DNA from: a virus
Lineage: Duplodnaviria > Caudoviricetes
Virus record (IMG/VR): IMGVR_UViG_3300036820_000642
Coordinates: 1-56,119 of that record
DNA: 56,119 nt
Reading direction: 5' to 3' (one strand)
This document shows, one piece after another, positions 45,334 to 54,985 of this stretch. The notes under the pieces are model-generated. The model had not been told where the DNA came from. It saw only the letters and a list, made by a program, of their open reading frames with translations, and did not search any database. The translations under genes were made by a program, and so were the position numbers. Positions within the stretch are counted from its first letter, which is position 1. The number at the start of each line of letters is the position of its first letter.

Positions 45334-47081
45334 TGCCGCAAGACCCTAGAACATGGAATGCACTTGACTACGTGTCAGCGTCGTATCTTAACTATGACAT
45401 GTATGTTGCTGGCAGCGGTTACCCGAATACGGCTCAGTTCATTCCTAATGGTATACGTTGGCATGCTCAGCGGGCTCTCTATAAGGCTGTCCTGATCGGC
45501 AGCGGGCAGACCTTGGCGTCTGGCGGTACCTGGAAGAATATCTTGAGTGGTGTTTCCGGTGTTGAGGTCATCGTTGACAATTCTGGTCTCTACGGGGCGC
45601 ACATGGACCCTGCCCGTACCGGCACCATCGAGGATGTCATTCTGTCGTCTGGTGGCGGCCTGCCAGGCCAGTACAGTGGCGGGATTTACCTCATGTCGGG
45701 GTTCGTGCCTACCACCAGTACGGGCGGCACGAACAACGTGTCGTGCGGGCTCACGCAGGCCACGGTGATACCCACCTACTGGGGGACGCAGCAGAAGGCT
45801 ATCTCTACATCCGGGGCCTGCACACCGTTCATCATTGACCTGATCACTGCGCAGGCCAGCACGTACACTCTGGCCGCGTCGAGCGCTGGGACTTCCGCCA
45901 GCAGTATTTACGTCACCGCGGACGGCTCCGGCTCGTGCAGCTCGTTCTCTGCATTGTGGGTGGCGGGGAACTTCGGGTACACGACCGCGTTGCCTTCACC
46001 GCTGGGTACCTACAATTCCGCGACAGCGCTCACGGCAGCGGTGATGAACGGCGCTACAGGACTGCAAGTCCCGCTGCGGAACCTGAACTACCCGCCGTTG
46101 ATGCGGGCCGTGGATCATACCGGCGTTTCAGTTCCATCAGCAACAACGACCACTATCCCGTTGTCCTCCACAACCTTTGACAGTTACTCGGGGTACAGCA
46201 AGCCGACGTACACGGTTCCGCAGGCGGGCCTTTACCTGGTGCATTTTGAGGTCATGTTCCCGAACTTCAGCGGGCAGTGTCAGGCTGGCGTGACTATCAA
46301 CGGCACGACGTACTGGGGTCCGGCTATGCCGACCCCATCTAATGACAACGTGAGTGCGACCAAGACGCAGATTTTCAGCTTGAATGCCGGAGATACGATT
46401 ACTCCGGTGGGCTGGCAGAATGGTGGCTCGACACTGACCACTCCGAGTGGTCAGCCATCGAGAATGATCATCTTGAAGGTTTCCAATTCTGGTGTGCCTT
46501 CACCGCTGCCGGTTGTGCCGGATGTGACATACCGGTATACGGCTGGTACCCAGCCGGATCTGTCGCCGGTCTTCAACTCCCATTTCGCTAATGACTTGTC
46601 GTTCCTCACGTTCAAGCCTTACCTGATGAGCTACCAGACTTCGGCGACTACCGGCATTGCTATGTCTACGTCTACTAAGACGATCATGCAGGCGGACACT
46701 GGGATTGTGCACGGGGACACTGGCGACAACTATTCGGGTTACAACACGAGCACTGGCGTGTATACGTGTCAGCGGACAGGCTGGTATCTGGTGTGCGGTG
46801 AGATCTTCATGGCGTATCCGTCTTTGACAACGTCACCGTTTTATTGTTTCCAGGTGTTCCCTTCCCCGTCCGGGGTCAACGCCTCGGACGGATACCAGTC
46901 CGCTGCGGCCACTAACTCCACTAACCCCGGTGGCGCTACTTGTCTGGGCTATTACCATCTGCGTGCCGGAGACACCATCTATCCGGGTATTTACACGGTC
47001 AACTCGTCGTCTGGCACGACGAGCACGGCAGTCAACTCCGGCCGTAACTCCCATTTTGAGGCGGTGTGGGTCAGTGAATAG
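45333..47081 (+). CDS. Minor tail / receptor-binding protein with repeated beta modules
   Basis: YTVPQAGLYLV...LNAGDTI and YTCQRTGWYLV...LRAGDTI (C1q-like repeats). Confidence 0.7.
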   Translation: MPQDPRTWNALDYVSASYLNYDMYVAGSGYPNTAQFIPNGIRWHAQRALYKAVLIGSGQTLASGGTWKNILSGVSGVEVIVDNSGLYGAHMDPARTGTIEDVILSSGGGLPGQYSGGIYLMSGFVPTTSTGGTNNVSCGLTQATVIPTYWGTQQKAISTSGACTPFIIDLITAQASTYTLAASSAGTSASSIYVTADGSGSCSSFSALWVAGNFGYTTALPSPLGTYNSATALTAAVMNGATGLQVPLRNLNYPPLMRAVDHTGVSVPSATTTTIPLSSTTFDSYSGYSKPTYTVPQAGLYLVHFEVMFPNFSGQCQAGVTINGTTYWGPAMPTPSNDNVSATKTQIFSLNAGDTITPVGWQNGGSTLTTPSGQPSRMIILKVSNSGVPSPLPVVPDVTYRYTAGTQPDLSPVFNSHFANDLSFLTFKPYLMSYQTSATTGIAMSTSTKTIMQADTGIVHGDTGDNYSGYNTSTGVYTCQRTGWYLVCGEIFMAYPSLTTSPFYCFQVFPSPSGVNASDGYQSAAATNSTNPGGATCLGYYHLRAGDTIYPGIYTVNSSSGTTSTAVNSGRNSHFEAVWVSE

Positions 47082-47490
47082 GTGGGGCGCCACCCGGAAC
47101 AACATGTCTGTGATGGGTGTCGCCTATGCCATCATGGGATTGTCTCTCTTGTTCCAGGCACACAGGTGGTCGGCGACACCTGCTTACCATAATCTGCTTG
47201 CTATCATGCCCGCTCACGCGTGGGGCGGCGTATTCTCCGGAGTAGCGAGTCTTCTCGGGGCCGGTGTCCTGCACCGTAAACGCCGCTGGCTTGTCATCAC
47301 GGCTCTCACCGCGGGCGTGGCGGTCACTACCGGGTGGGGTCTCGCGTTCATTGTCAGGTGGATGACGAATCCTTCCACGACCCCGGAGACGTGGGTGTCG
47401 TGGGCGATCTTTGATTGGATGCTGTGGCGCGCTTTCGCGCGCCTGGACCTTGAGGAGATTACGCTTCCACGGGAGCGTAACAGTGGCTAA
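47074..47490 (+). CDS. Membrane protein (holin candidate)
   Basis: Four hydrophobic segments in the lysis cassette. Confidence 0.65.
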   Translation: MNRWGATRNNMSVMGVAYAIMGLSLLFQAHRWSATPAYHNLLAIMPAHAWGGVFSGVASLLGAGVLHRKRRWLVITALTAGVAVTTGWGLAFIVRWMTNPSTTPETWVSWAIFDWMLWRAFARLDLEEITLPRERNSG

Positions 47491-47779
47491 CGCTGTCGAG
47501 CTGACAGAATGGGTGGCCGCCATCGGGGCGGCCATCTCCGCTGTTACCCCCATCATTTACCGCCGTCTCCAAGGCAAGAAGGAAGCCGATGCTACTGTTC
47601 TGGCTTCCTTCACGGCTTTGAATACTGCGCTCGGGCATGAGATTGAACGGCTCCGCGGTGATATGCAGCGGATGCAGGCTGACTATGAGCAGCGGCTCAA
47701 TTCGTATCAGCAGCGGATCAGTGAGCTTGAGGCGGAGATAGCGACTTTGAACCGGCTCCTGGCACGGCGGGATACGTAA
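47483..47779 (+). CDS. TM plus coiled-coil lysis-cassette protein
   Basis: N-terminal TM, C-terminal heptads. Confidence 0.7.
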   Translation: MANAVELTEWVAAIGAAISAVTPIIYRRLQGKKEADATVLASFTALNTALGHEIERLRGDMQRMQADYEQRLNSYQQRISELEAEIATLNRLLARRDT

Positions 47780-47844
47780 ATCAGGGTGCCTGTGACCTGC
47801 GGTTTTACGCACGCAAACATGCTTCCTGGTGTGGTTGCCTAGGC

Positions 47845-48168
47845 ATGCTGATTCTGATGCTGCTGGTGTCCTGGACAAGCCTCATCCTCCAGTCGGCGGC
47901 ACTCATCCACCTGCTACGGCAGCAGGCCGCCACAGCGGCCGTCCAGCTCGCCGGACACGGCTACACCCGCACCGCGGCCTGTCGTGTCCTCGCGGCAGGT
48001 ATCTACTCGGCAGTCGCGCTCCTGGCTGTCCTCAACGTGCGCATCCCCGGCGCCGGGCAGCTCTCACCGGAGGCCCTGGTGGTGTTCACGGGCGTGCAAA
48101 TCATCTGGCTCAGCAACAGTGCGCTCGACATTGCGACGCGTAAGAAATTGAGGGATCAAGATACGTGA
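47845..48168 (+). CDS. Membrane protein (3 TM)
   Basis: Hydrophobic; lysis cassette. Confidence 0.65.
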   Translation: MLILMLLVSWTSLILQSAALIHLLRQQAATAAVQLAGHGYTRTAACRVLAAGIYSAVALLAVLNVRIPGAGQLSPEALVVFTGVQIIWLSNSALDIATRKKLRDQDT

Positions 48169-48392
48169 ACACGTGGGGCCTGTTCTTCTCATGGCCTGCC
48201 GGCGGAACATGGTCAAACATGATCGCCTCCCTTGAATGGGTAGTTGTCGCCGGCATCACTGTGTGGTGTTTCCGAGACAGGCTAGGCAGGCGCCTGGCGG
48301 CATGGTGGCATAAACACCACAAGGAACATTTGCGAGCCGAACTAGACCAGTTGAAAACCGAACTACTAGAACACCTCAAAAGGGACCAATAA
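48165..48392 (+). CDS. Small membrane protein
   Basis: Single TM; upstream of lysin. Confidence 0.6.
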   Translation: MNTWGLFFSWPAGGTWSNMIASLEWVVVAGITVWCFRDRLGRRLAAWWHKHHKEHLRAELDQLKTELLEHLKRDQ

Positions 48393-48394
48393 CA

Positions 48395-49225
48395 GTGTTG
48401 CATGGGCATGACGTATCCACCTACCAGGGCGCATACAACTGGGCGCTCGTCAAGAACAGTGACACCTTCGGAGTCTGCAAAGCCACCGAAGGAACCACGA
48501 TCACAGACACCCAGCTCTCCCACAACTGGGCTGGGATGAAGTCGAACGGTCTCTTGCGCGCCGCATACCATTTCGGCCACCCCAACATTAACCCTGTCAC
48601 TCAGGCACAGTTTTTCGTCAAGACTGTCAAGGCTCTCGGACTAGAGACTAATGATGCTCTGGTCCTGGACCTGGAAGTCACGGACGGCCTCGGGCCGTCC
48701 GCTGTCGCAGCGTGGGCGCAACGGTTTACCGCCGAAGTCCAGAAGCAGTCAGGTAAAAACTGCTGGGTCTACACCGACCATTCATTCATTGCTAATGGCT
48801 GCTGCTCCGGCCTCTACTCTCAGCCGTTGTGGATTGCTGCGCCCGGCAACGCCGGCGCAATCGGTGATGTCCGCCCCTGGAAAGTATGGTCACTCCAGCA
48901 GTACGGCACCATCAACAATGTTGACGTTGATGTTCTCAATGGCGACAAGACTGTGTGGGGAGCACTCGTGAACGTCCCGAAGCCTGCCCCGCTAGCGACA
49001 CTAGCCAAGTATGTGACTGACGGCTCTGAGACCTTTGCCACATGGTCGCACGGGGCAGGTCAGCTCCCCTCAACAACCCTCCGGATGACGTGCGAGCACA
49101 GTCCAGGTGACTTGTTCACTACTGATCTAGCGGCGTGGATCAATGACGTGATGGAGGGAAAGGTCAGCCCGTCTGATCCGATGCCGAAGGGGCTAATCCT
49201 CTACTACATGAAGGCTGCTAACTGA
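48395..49225 (+). CDS. Endolysin, GH25 muramidase
   Basis: GHDVSTYQG, KATEG, AYHF, LDLE, LWIA, QY, VDVD. Confidence 0.93.
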   Translation: MLHGHDVSTYQGAYNWALVKNSDTFGVCKATEGTTITDTQLSHNWAGMKSNGLLRAAYHFGHPNINPVTQAQFFVKTVKALGLETNDALVLDLEVTDGLGPSAVAAWAQRFTAEVQKQSGKNCWVYTDHSFIANGCCSGLYSQPLWIAAPGNAGAIGDVRPWKVWSLQQYGTINNVDVDVLNGDKTVWGALVNVPKPAPLATLAKYVTDGSETFATWSHGAGQLPSTTLRMTCEHSPGDLFTTDLAAWINDVMEGKVSPSDPMPKGLILYYMKAAN

Positions 49226-49444
49226 GGGCTCATCCGGGCCGCCCTCTTCGAGCATGCGTTCCACCTCATCCATAGTTTTCCTGATCTGCGGGAACAGGCT
49301 GTGATCGAGACGGATCTCCCACGCACGACTGTCATCGTGCACTTTTACGTTGCTGGCATTGATCGAAACAGAAAAATCTTCAGCGGGAGTGATCAGGGGA
49401 TTGTCTTGCGTATCGATCCAAATCGTTGTCTTCACCGTAGCCAC
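49193..49444 (-). CDS. Small protein, paralog of 2557-2748, inserted antisense in the late region
   Basis: GAGAGGAG SD, GTG start; KTTIWIDTQDNP. Confidence 0.7.
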   Translation of the reverse strand: MATVKTTIWIDTQDNPLITPAEDFSVSINASNVKVHDDSRAWEIRLDHSLFPQIRKTMDEVERMLEEGGPDEPSVSSLHVVED

Positions 49445-49495
49445 TAGTTTTCTCCTCTCGCAGAGACAAATCAGCATACCATTGGGAACCCCTTA

Positions 49496-50701
49496 TTGAC
49501 TCTTAACACCGTAACCCTCACATGGGACATCACCGACCTCGGGCAAGACACCCTCGCAGGCCGAATCAGCCTGACACCCACAGCCGTCCTGACAGACCCG
49601 ACAGACAAAATCGTTGTTCCGTCTGTCATTCCTAAGAGTCAGGCATTCGTGTCCGGAACCGGCAGCATGCCGGGCATCATCGCCACCGACAATGAACAGG
49701 TCACCCCCTCGGGGTGGGCCTACGTCATACAGATCGTCTCCCAGTCCGGACAGACGATCGTCGGGCCATTCACCGCGTTCATCCCGTACAGCAACGGGGC
49801 GACACAGGATCTCTCCCAGCTCGTACCCGTCCAGACCGCGGCCACCTACCAGGCGTACCTGCCGGTACCGACCGGTACCCCGGCAGAGGGTGATGTGCCG
49901 GTCGCGACCGGCACAGGCAACGCAACTGAATGGGGGACAGCCGGAGGCGGCGGCGGTATAAGCCCGCCTGCGGGTGACCTCGGCGGCACGGCCCTCGCGC
50001 CCACCGTTGTATCCACGCACCTCTCAGAACCGCTCCCAGTCGCGCAGGGAGGCACTGGCAGCAGCACGCAGGTATGGGATAACGAGGGTGCCGCCACTGC
50101 GGCGCAGACAGCCGCGGAATCGTTCGCTACCGCGGCCGTAGCCACTGAGACCAGCCGCGCAGAAACGGCTGAAACGCTCGCGGCGCTGAAGGCGAACAAC
50201 CTGTCAGACCTCGCCTCGGTGAGCCAGGCCAGGACCAACCTGGGGCTCGGTTCGGCCGCCACGATGGCCGCGTCCGCGTTCGACGCGGCCGGAGCGGCCT
50301 CCACGGCACAAGCCAACGCGGAAGCGTACGCGCTGCCACACGCAGGCGGCGACATGACAGGGTGGCTCGCGCCATCCGTCATACCCCTATCCCAGTCAGC
50401 CGGGACTGTGGCGGTTAATGCCGCACTCGGGAATGTCTACACGCTCACGCTGACCGCTAGCGGCTGGGCAATCGCGAACCCCACCAGCCCGACAGACGGG
50501 CAGGTCATCCGGTTCCGCCTCACCCAGGATTCCACGGGTGGCCGCACAGTCACCTGGGGGACGGCCTACGACTGGGGATCAGGGAACAGCGCCCCCGCCC
50601 TTTCCACCACTGCAAACAAAACGGATGTGCTCGGATTCGAGTACAACGCCGGCACATCCATGTGGATGTACCTTGCTGCCCCGTTCCCGCAAGGCTTCTA
50701 A
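49496..50701 (+). CDS. Tail fibre / virion accessory protein
   Basis: GDLGGT, LPVAQGGTG, KANNLSDL...ARTNLGLG, TQDSTGGRTVTW fibre motifs. Confidence 0.75.
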   Translation: MTLNTVTLTWDITDLGQDTLAGRISLTPTAVLTDPTDKIVVPSVIPKSQAFVSGTGSMPGIIATDNEQVTPSGWAYVIQIVSQSGQTIVGPFTAFIPYSNGATQDLSQLVPVQTAATYQAYLPVPTGTPAEGDVPVATGTGNATEWGTAGGGGGISPPAGDLGGTALAPTVVSTHLSEPLPVAQGGTGSSTQVWDNEGAATAAQTAAESFATAAVATETSRAETAETLAALKANNLSDLASVSQARTNLGLGSAATMAASAFDAAGAASTAQANAEAYALPHAGGDMTGWLAPSVIPLSQSAGTVAVNAALGNVYTLTLTASGWAIANPTSPTDGQVIRFRLTQDSTGGRTVTWGTAYDWGSGNSAPALSTTANKTDVLGFEYNAGTSMWMYLAAPFPQGF

Positions 50702-51864
50702 TGACTATCTGGCGACTATTCCCCACCACCAACGGGCCAGCAGCAGCGACCTCACTCTCCGGTCCCTACGGGACAGGAACCAAATTCAAAGTCACCACCG
50801 GAGGCCTGTACCTGTCGGGTTTCTGGTGGTGGGTCTGCGCCTCGGGCGGGCAATCCACCAGTGCACAGAAATTTTGCCTCTGGCAAATCCGCGGAAGTGC
50901 TGCCGGAAAACTAGTACCCGGCACACTCATCACATCCGCCGCCCTCACAGCCGGATGGAATTATGTTCCCTTCCCCTCCGCGGTACCCCTCTCGGCTGGG
51001 ATCACCTACCAGGCAGCCACAGCATTCACAGGCCCTTTCCCATTGTCCAACGGCCAGTACGCCAGTGGAGGCCCGTACTCGGCAGGAATCACCAACGGGC
51101 CATTGGTCGCGTGTAGCGACAACACAGGCACCAACCCAGACCCCTACAGCAATTCCCAGTGCACTTACCAGACATCCAATAGTGACCCGTCCATAGTCTT
51201 CGCATCAAACGCCGACGCCGGGTTCAACGGATGGCTCGACATCCAAATAACCGACGTGCCGCCCACAGGCGGCACCTACCGGCTATGGCCATCAATGGCA
51301 GACACACTAGCCGGAATGTCATCAGACACCACCGGATACCTACTGGCCACAGAATTCCGCCTGTCTCAAGCCTGCACGTTGGATAGGATCTGGCATTACT
51401 CACCCACCGGGACGGCAGCATTGCCGACCCGATGCGCCTTGTGGAATGTCAGCACACAAGCCGAGGTAGCGGGTACGGACAACAGTGCGCCCGCATGGAA
51501 AGACCCCGGTGGTTCCGCGGCTAGCGCGGGCGACGGTTATGTGTACTGCGACTACACCACAGCCGGCATCACGGTGGCAGGCGGCACCAACTACAAGGTG
51601 TCCACCTACCACGTCTCCGGCAGTACATGGATGTCTGTCACTGAGGACTACTGGTCTACCGGAGCTGGCAGCTCCGGTGTCATGAACGGGATCATCACAG
51701 CCCCCAACAATGCTGGGGCAACCCCTGGGCAAGGCTCCTACCAGACAACATGGGCTTACCCGTCACTGAGTATCGCTGGTGGAGAGAATTACTGGATTGA
51801 CGTGGAAGTGACCCCAGTCCCGGCCGTGGCCGGGTCCGGTCTGCTGATGGCAGTCTTCCCCTAA
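50701..51864 (+). CDS. Tandem DUF4082-like domain protein
   Basis: Two repeats GTKF...WLDIQ and ATEF...NYWIDVEV. Confidence 0.65.
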   Translation: MTIWRLFPTTNGPAAATSLSGPYGTGTKFKVTTGGLYLSGFWWWVCASGGQSTSAQKFCLWQIRGSAAGKLVPGTLITSAALTAGWNYVPFPSAVPLSAGITYQAATAFTGPFPLSNGQYASGGPYSAGITNGPLVACSDNTGTNPDPYSNSQCTYQTSNSDPSIVFASNADAGFNGWLDIQITDVPPTGGTYRLWPSMADTLAGMSSDTTGYLLATEFRLSQACTLDRIWHYSPTGTAALPTRCALWNVSTQAEVAGTDNSAPAWKDPGGSAASAGDGYVYCDYTTAGITVAGGTNYKVSTYHVSGSTWMSVTEDYWSTGAGSSGVMNGIITAPNNAGATPGQGSYQTTWAYPSLSIAGGENYWIDVEVTPVPAVAGSGLLMAVFP

Positions 51865-51874
51865 TCATTCCTCT

Positions 51875-52081
51875 TCACATACGGAGCGGCACCCGGATAT
51901 GCGCTATGCCTGAAATTAAATAGCGCCCCCCTTGCGGTCGCCATACGGCTGTCTCGCCTGGGCTCCTACGGGGGGCGCTACCGATGTTGCTTGCAGGGCT
52001 TGCGCCTTTGCAGCAAGGGCAAGTCTGCCTCATCCGGATAGCCCCCTGCAACCGGTTCGGGCTAAAACGCTCCTCCAACAT
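51875..52081 (-). CDS. Small hypothetical protein
   Basis: TAAGGAGA SD behind repeated leader hairpin. Confidence 0.35.
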   Translation of the reverse strand: MLEERFSPNRLQGAIRMRQTCPCCKGASPASNIGSAPRRSPGETAVWRPQGGRYLISGIAHIRVPLRM

Positions 52082-52091
52082 TCTCCTTATT

Positions 52092-52541
52092 CCGGGCTGA
52101 TCCCTCCCGGCAACAGAAGGCCCCCCACCAATGGTGGGGGGCCTCTCTTGTTCTCCGAAGGCTGCTATCCACCTTCGGGCACGGCAGGAGTATGGAAAGA
52201 CCGTACCGTGAGCAGGAGGCTATTGTAAGCGCCCCAAAAAGGTGTAAAAAGAGCGCCGCAACCTTCCGGTTAACGGAATCAACCATACCAGATGCGCGCG
52301 CGCTCAGACGGCTTTAATCCGGCAGGAAGCTCTCGCCTTTGCTGTTACGAGGTAGCTGGTCCACGATAGCGTTCACCGCGTCCTCGTCACCTTCATTGGC
52401 CACTTTCCCCAGCGCCTTCGCTATCTGGATAACCGGGTCGTTGCCTTTTTTCTTACCGGGGTCGGCTTTCTTTGGGGTCTTGTCTGCCGCCATCTCATCC
52501 TCTCCTTCTCTCTAGACGTGCCGGGGTGATCCCTCCCGGCA
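52092..52541 (-). repeat. 21-bp leader hairpin repeat, two copies (52092-52112, 52521-52541)
   Basis: ccggg(c/g)tgatccctcccggca, each between a terminator-like stem and an SD. Confidence 0.7.
52314..52493 (-). CDS. Small Lys-rich protein (59 aa, MAADKTPKK...; not in ORF track)
   Basis: AAGGAGAGG SD. Confidence 0.65.
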   Translation of the reverse strand: MAADKTPKKADPGKKKGNDPVIQIAKALGKVANEGDEDAVNAIVDQLPRNSKGESFLPD

Positions 52542-52791
52542 TAAAGGAGCCCCCTGCCACAGCTTCCGCTCTTGGCAGGGGGCTCCTTTATCCGTGTGCC
52601 AGATTTGTTTCATGAGGGTCAACAAATCCCCGCCCGGAGATCTCCTCCGGTACACATGCTCTGACACAACGGACATTCCCCCCTCTGTGGGTCTCCTGGG
52701 CGAGAATTCCCCTCCCCAGTAAAGAGAAGACCCCAGAGGGCGGACCCGAGTCACGGTGTGACCCGAGTCAACGTAGCCGGGAGCGAAGGGG

Positions 52792-53022
52792 CTACGCGCG
52801 GGTCACACCGTGACGATTAATGCGGATCAGGGGTCCGCCGCGCTTACGCGCCCAGTAGTTGCCGACGCCCAAGGCGATGAGTATGGCGCCTGCTGCGTAC
52901 CCGGCCCAGTTGAGGCAGCTAATGAGGAGCGCGCCTCCACCGATGCCCACCACTTCTAGAGCGATATCTTGCACGTGCCTGTAGCCGTTAATGTCCTTGT
53001 CTCCTTTGTCGTGGTCGCTCAT
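52792..53022 (-). CDS. Small membrane protein (2 TM)
   Basis: MSDHDK...VVGIGGGALLISCL...AGAILIALGV. Confidence 0.6.
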   Translation of the reverse strand: MSDHDKGDKDINGYRHVQDIALEVVGIGGGALLISCLNWAGYAAGAILIALGVGNYWARKRGGPLIRINRHGVTRA

Positions 53023-53024
53023 GC

Positions 53025-53252
53025 CTACGCCGTAACCGGCGTGCGCTGATCTTCGGCTGGGAGCGTCAGACGCGCCCTCGCCGTGATCTCCTCCCCAGCG
53101 ACCTTGCCCAGCTCGCCCAGTTCGCTGGCGAGAGCGGCGGACATGATCGGGTGAGCGGCATGGATGTCGAGAAGTACCTTGGCGGCACTGTAGGTCTCCA
53201 TCAACCGGGGGTCTTCGAGACTCTTGACACCCCCGGCTATAACCTGTCCCAT
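53025..53252 (-). CDS. Hypothetical protein
   Basis: AGAAGGA SD. Confidence 0.6.
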   Translation of the reverse strand: MGQVIAGGVKSLEDPRLMETYSAAKVLLDIHAAHPIMSAALASELGELGKVAGEEITARARLTLPAEDQRTPVTA

Positions 53253-53534
53253 GAATCCTTCTTCCTAACGGGCGGGATTCGGGGAGAGAGGGCGGCTGGT
53301 CGTCCGTTTGGGGGCCGATTCCCGTAGGATCAGCCGTCCCCTCTCCGTCTAGTTCCCGCCCCCTGGTGCGCATAGGGGGCGGGAAGCCTCTGCGGCGGTG
53401 GTACTAACACTTGTCTGCTTGATGGGGAGAAGGCGGGGTTCCCTCCCGCCAAGGCGCCTCGCCGGAGGTGAGAAGAGTGTGGCTGAGAAAAACAGACTCT
53501 TCGACCTTGGGGAACCAAACCCCGCCCCCTCCGT

Positions 53535-53762
53535 CTAGCCTTCGCCCCGCCCGGCAGGGCATGGACCCCTGTCGGGGACCATGCGGGGCGAAGGGATCTT
53601 TGGGTGGAAGCGCGTGGCGAACCGCGCAGTGATAAGTCGCGCAGCCAAGGCCGCCGCGATAGACAGCGGCGGCTCATGCTTGAGATCGTTTCGGACATTT
53701 GCGGCCATCATGGTGGCCTCCCTGGCAAGATCCGGTAGCGCAACATGACGATGTTGCGGCAT
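53535..53762 (-). CDS. Small hypothetical protein divergent from the XRE gene
   Basis: ATG just downstream of TTGCAC-18 bp-CATACT. Confidence 0.35.
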   Translation of the reverse strand: MPQHRHVALPDLAREATMMAANVRNDLKHEPPLSIAAALAARLITARFATRFHPKIPSPRMVPDRGPCPAGRGEG

Positions 53763-53836
53763 GCTGTGAACAGCAGTATGCACGCACCACACGTCCGCGT
53801 GCAAGTGGAACTTTTGCAGATTTGCAAGGAGTTGGG

Positions 53837-54694
53837 ATGTCAAGACTAGTCCCCACCGTCCGCAGGAAGCGGCTCGCATACGAACTACGGCGGCTACGGC
53901 ATGAGTCAACCCTGACGATTGACGATGTAGCCGCGCAGAGTGACCTCGATCCCAGCATGATCAGCAGGATTGAGAACGTGCGGCGGGCCATCAGCCCCAT
54001 CGAACTGCGGGCGCTGCTAGAGGTGTACGGAGTAACCGGCACGGACCGTGAAAGCCTGCTGACGCTCTGCCGCAGAGCCAACCAGCAAGGATGGTGGCAA
54101 GACGAAGCCCTGCCCGATTGGGTGGCCACCTTCGTGGCACTCGAATCTGACGCGGCCACCGTCCGCGCCTACGCATCCGAACTAGTACCAGGGCTGTTGC
54201 AGACAGAGCGCTACTACCGCTGGTACATGGGCATAGCGCCCGGCACCGCTGGCGGCGAGGCCGAGATTAACCGCCGCGTCAACGTCCGGCTCACCCGCCA
54301 AGCAAGACTCCGGGACGAGCACCCACTTACCTACTGGGCAATCCTCAATGAAGCCGTTATCACGCGGCTTACGGGTGCTCCGGTGAACGTTGCCCGTGAA
54401 CAGCTAGCCCATCTGCTAGAGGTGGGCCACCTTCTGAACGTCTCGATCCTCGTTCTCCCGTTCACCGCCGGGCTTCACCCTGCGATGGAAGGCGACTTCA
54501 CCCTCATGACCTTTGAAGACCGTCAAGACCCCGATGTTGTCTATCTGGAGTACCAGGTGGGTAGTCTTGTCCTTGAAGATCAGCTACGGGTCCGCCGTTA
54601 CGCTTCGATCTGGGATCACTTGATCGCACAGAGTCGCGATGAAGGACGGTCCCTCGCTGTCATCGAGAGCGTGTTGGACGGGCTCACAACCTAA
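53837..54694 (+). CDS. XRE-family HTH plus DUF5753 regulator (WhiJ/Scr1-like)
   Basis: PTVRRKRLAYELRRLR, ISRIE, GWW, VPGLLQT, R..RQ..L, VVYLE. Confidence 0.92.
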   Translation: MSRLVPTVRRKRLAYELRRLRHESTLTIDDVAAQSDLDPSMISRIENVRRAISPIELRALLEVYGVTGTDRESLLTLCRRANQQGWWQDEALPDWVATFVALESDAATVRAYASELVPGLLQTERYYRWYMGIAPGTAGGEAEINRRVNVRLTRQARLRDEHPLTYWAILNEAVITRLTGAPVNVAREQLAHLLEVGHLLNVSILVLPFTAGLHPAMEGDFTLMTFEDRQDPDVVYLEYQVGSLVLEDQLRVRRYASIWDHLIAQSRDEGRSLAVIESVLDGLTT

Positions 54695-54708
54695 AGGGAG
54701 AGTGCGGG

Positions 54709-54933
54709 ATGACCGCAGACGATCTCTTGTCTAGTGCCGTCTGGCGTAAGAGCACGTACAGCGGGGTTGAGGGCAACTGCGTAGAGGTCGGCCGCCTCAC
54801 GGACGGCAGGGTAGCCGTCCGTGACACCAAGGACCGGAGCAAGGCCCCTCACATCTACACAGCCGCCGAATGGGATGCCTTCCTGCTCGGCGCCAAGGCT
54901 GGGGAGTTCGACTTACAGCCACCCAACAGTTAA
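54709..54933 (+). CDS. DUF397 protein (BldB/Scr2-like)
   Basis: WRKSTYSG..GNCVEV...VAVRDTK...EW.AFL.GAK.GEFD. Confidence 0.93.
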   Translation: MTADDLLSSAVWRKSTYSGVEGNCVEVGRLTDGRVAVRDTKDRSKAPHIYTAAEWDAFLLGAKAGEFDLQPPNS

Positions 54934-54962
54934 GGCCCCCGCCATATGGCGGGGGCCTTTTT
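54932..54962. terminator. Intrinsic terminator between convergent genes
   Basis: aaggcccccgcca/tggcgggggcctt followed by a T run. Confidence 0.8.
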
Positions 54963-54985
54963 AACTGGCTGGGAGCCGGTACCGG

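Noticed and set aside
145-47806. Scattered TGACCTGCGG-like motifs (145, 21891, 24627, 47793) as stoperators
   Set aside because: Too few and too variable to support a repressor-site system
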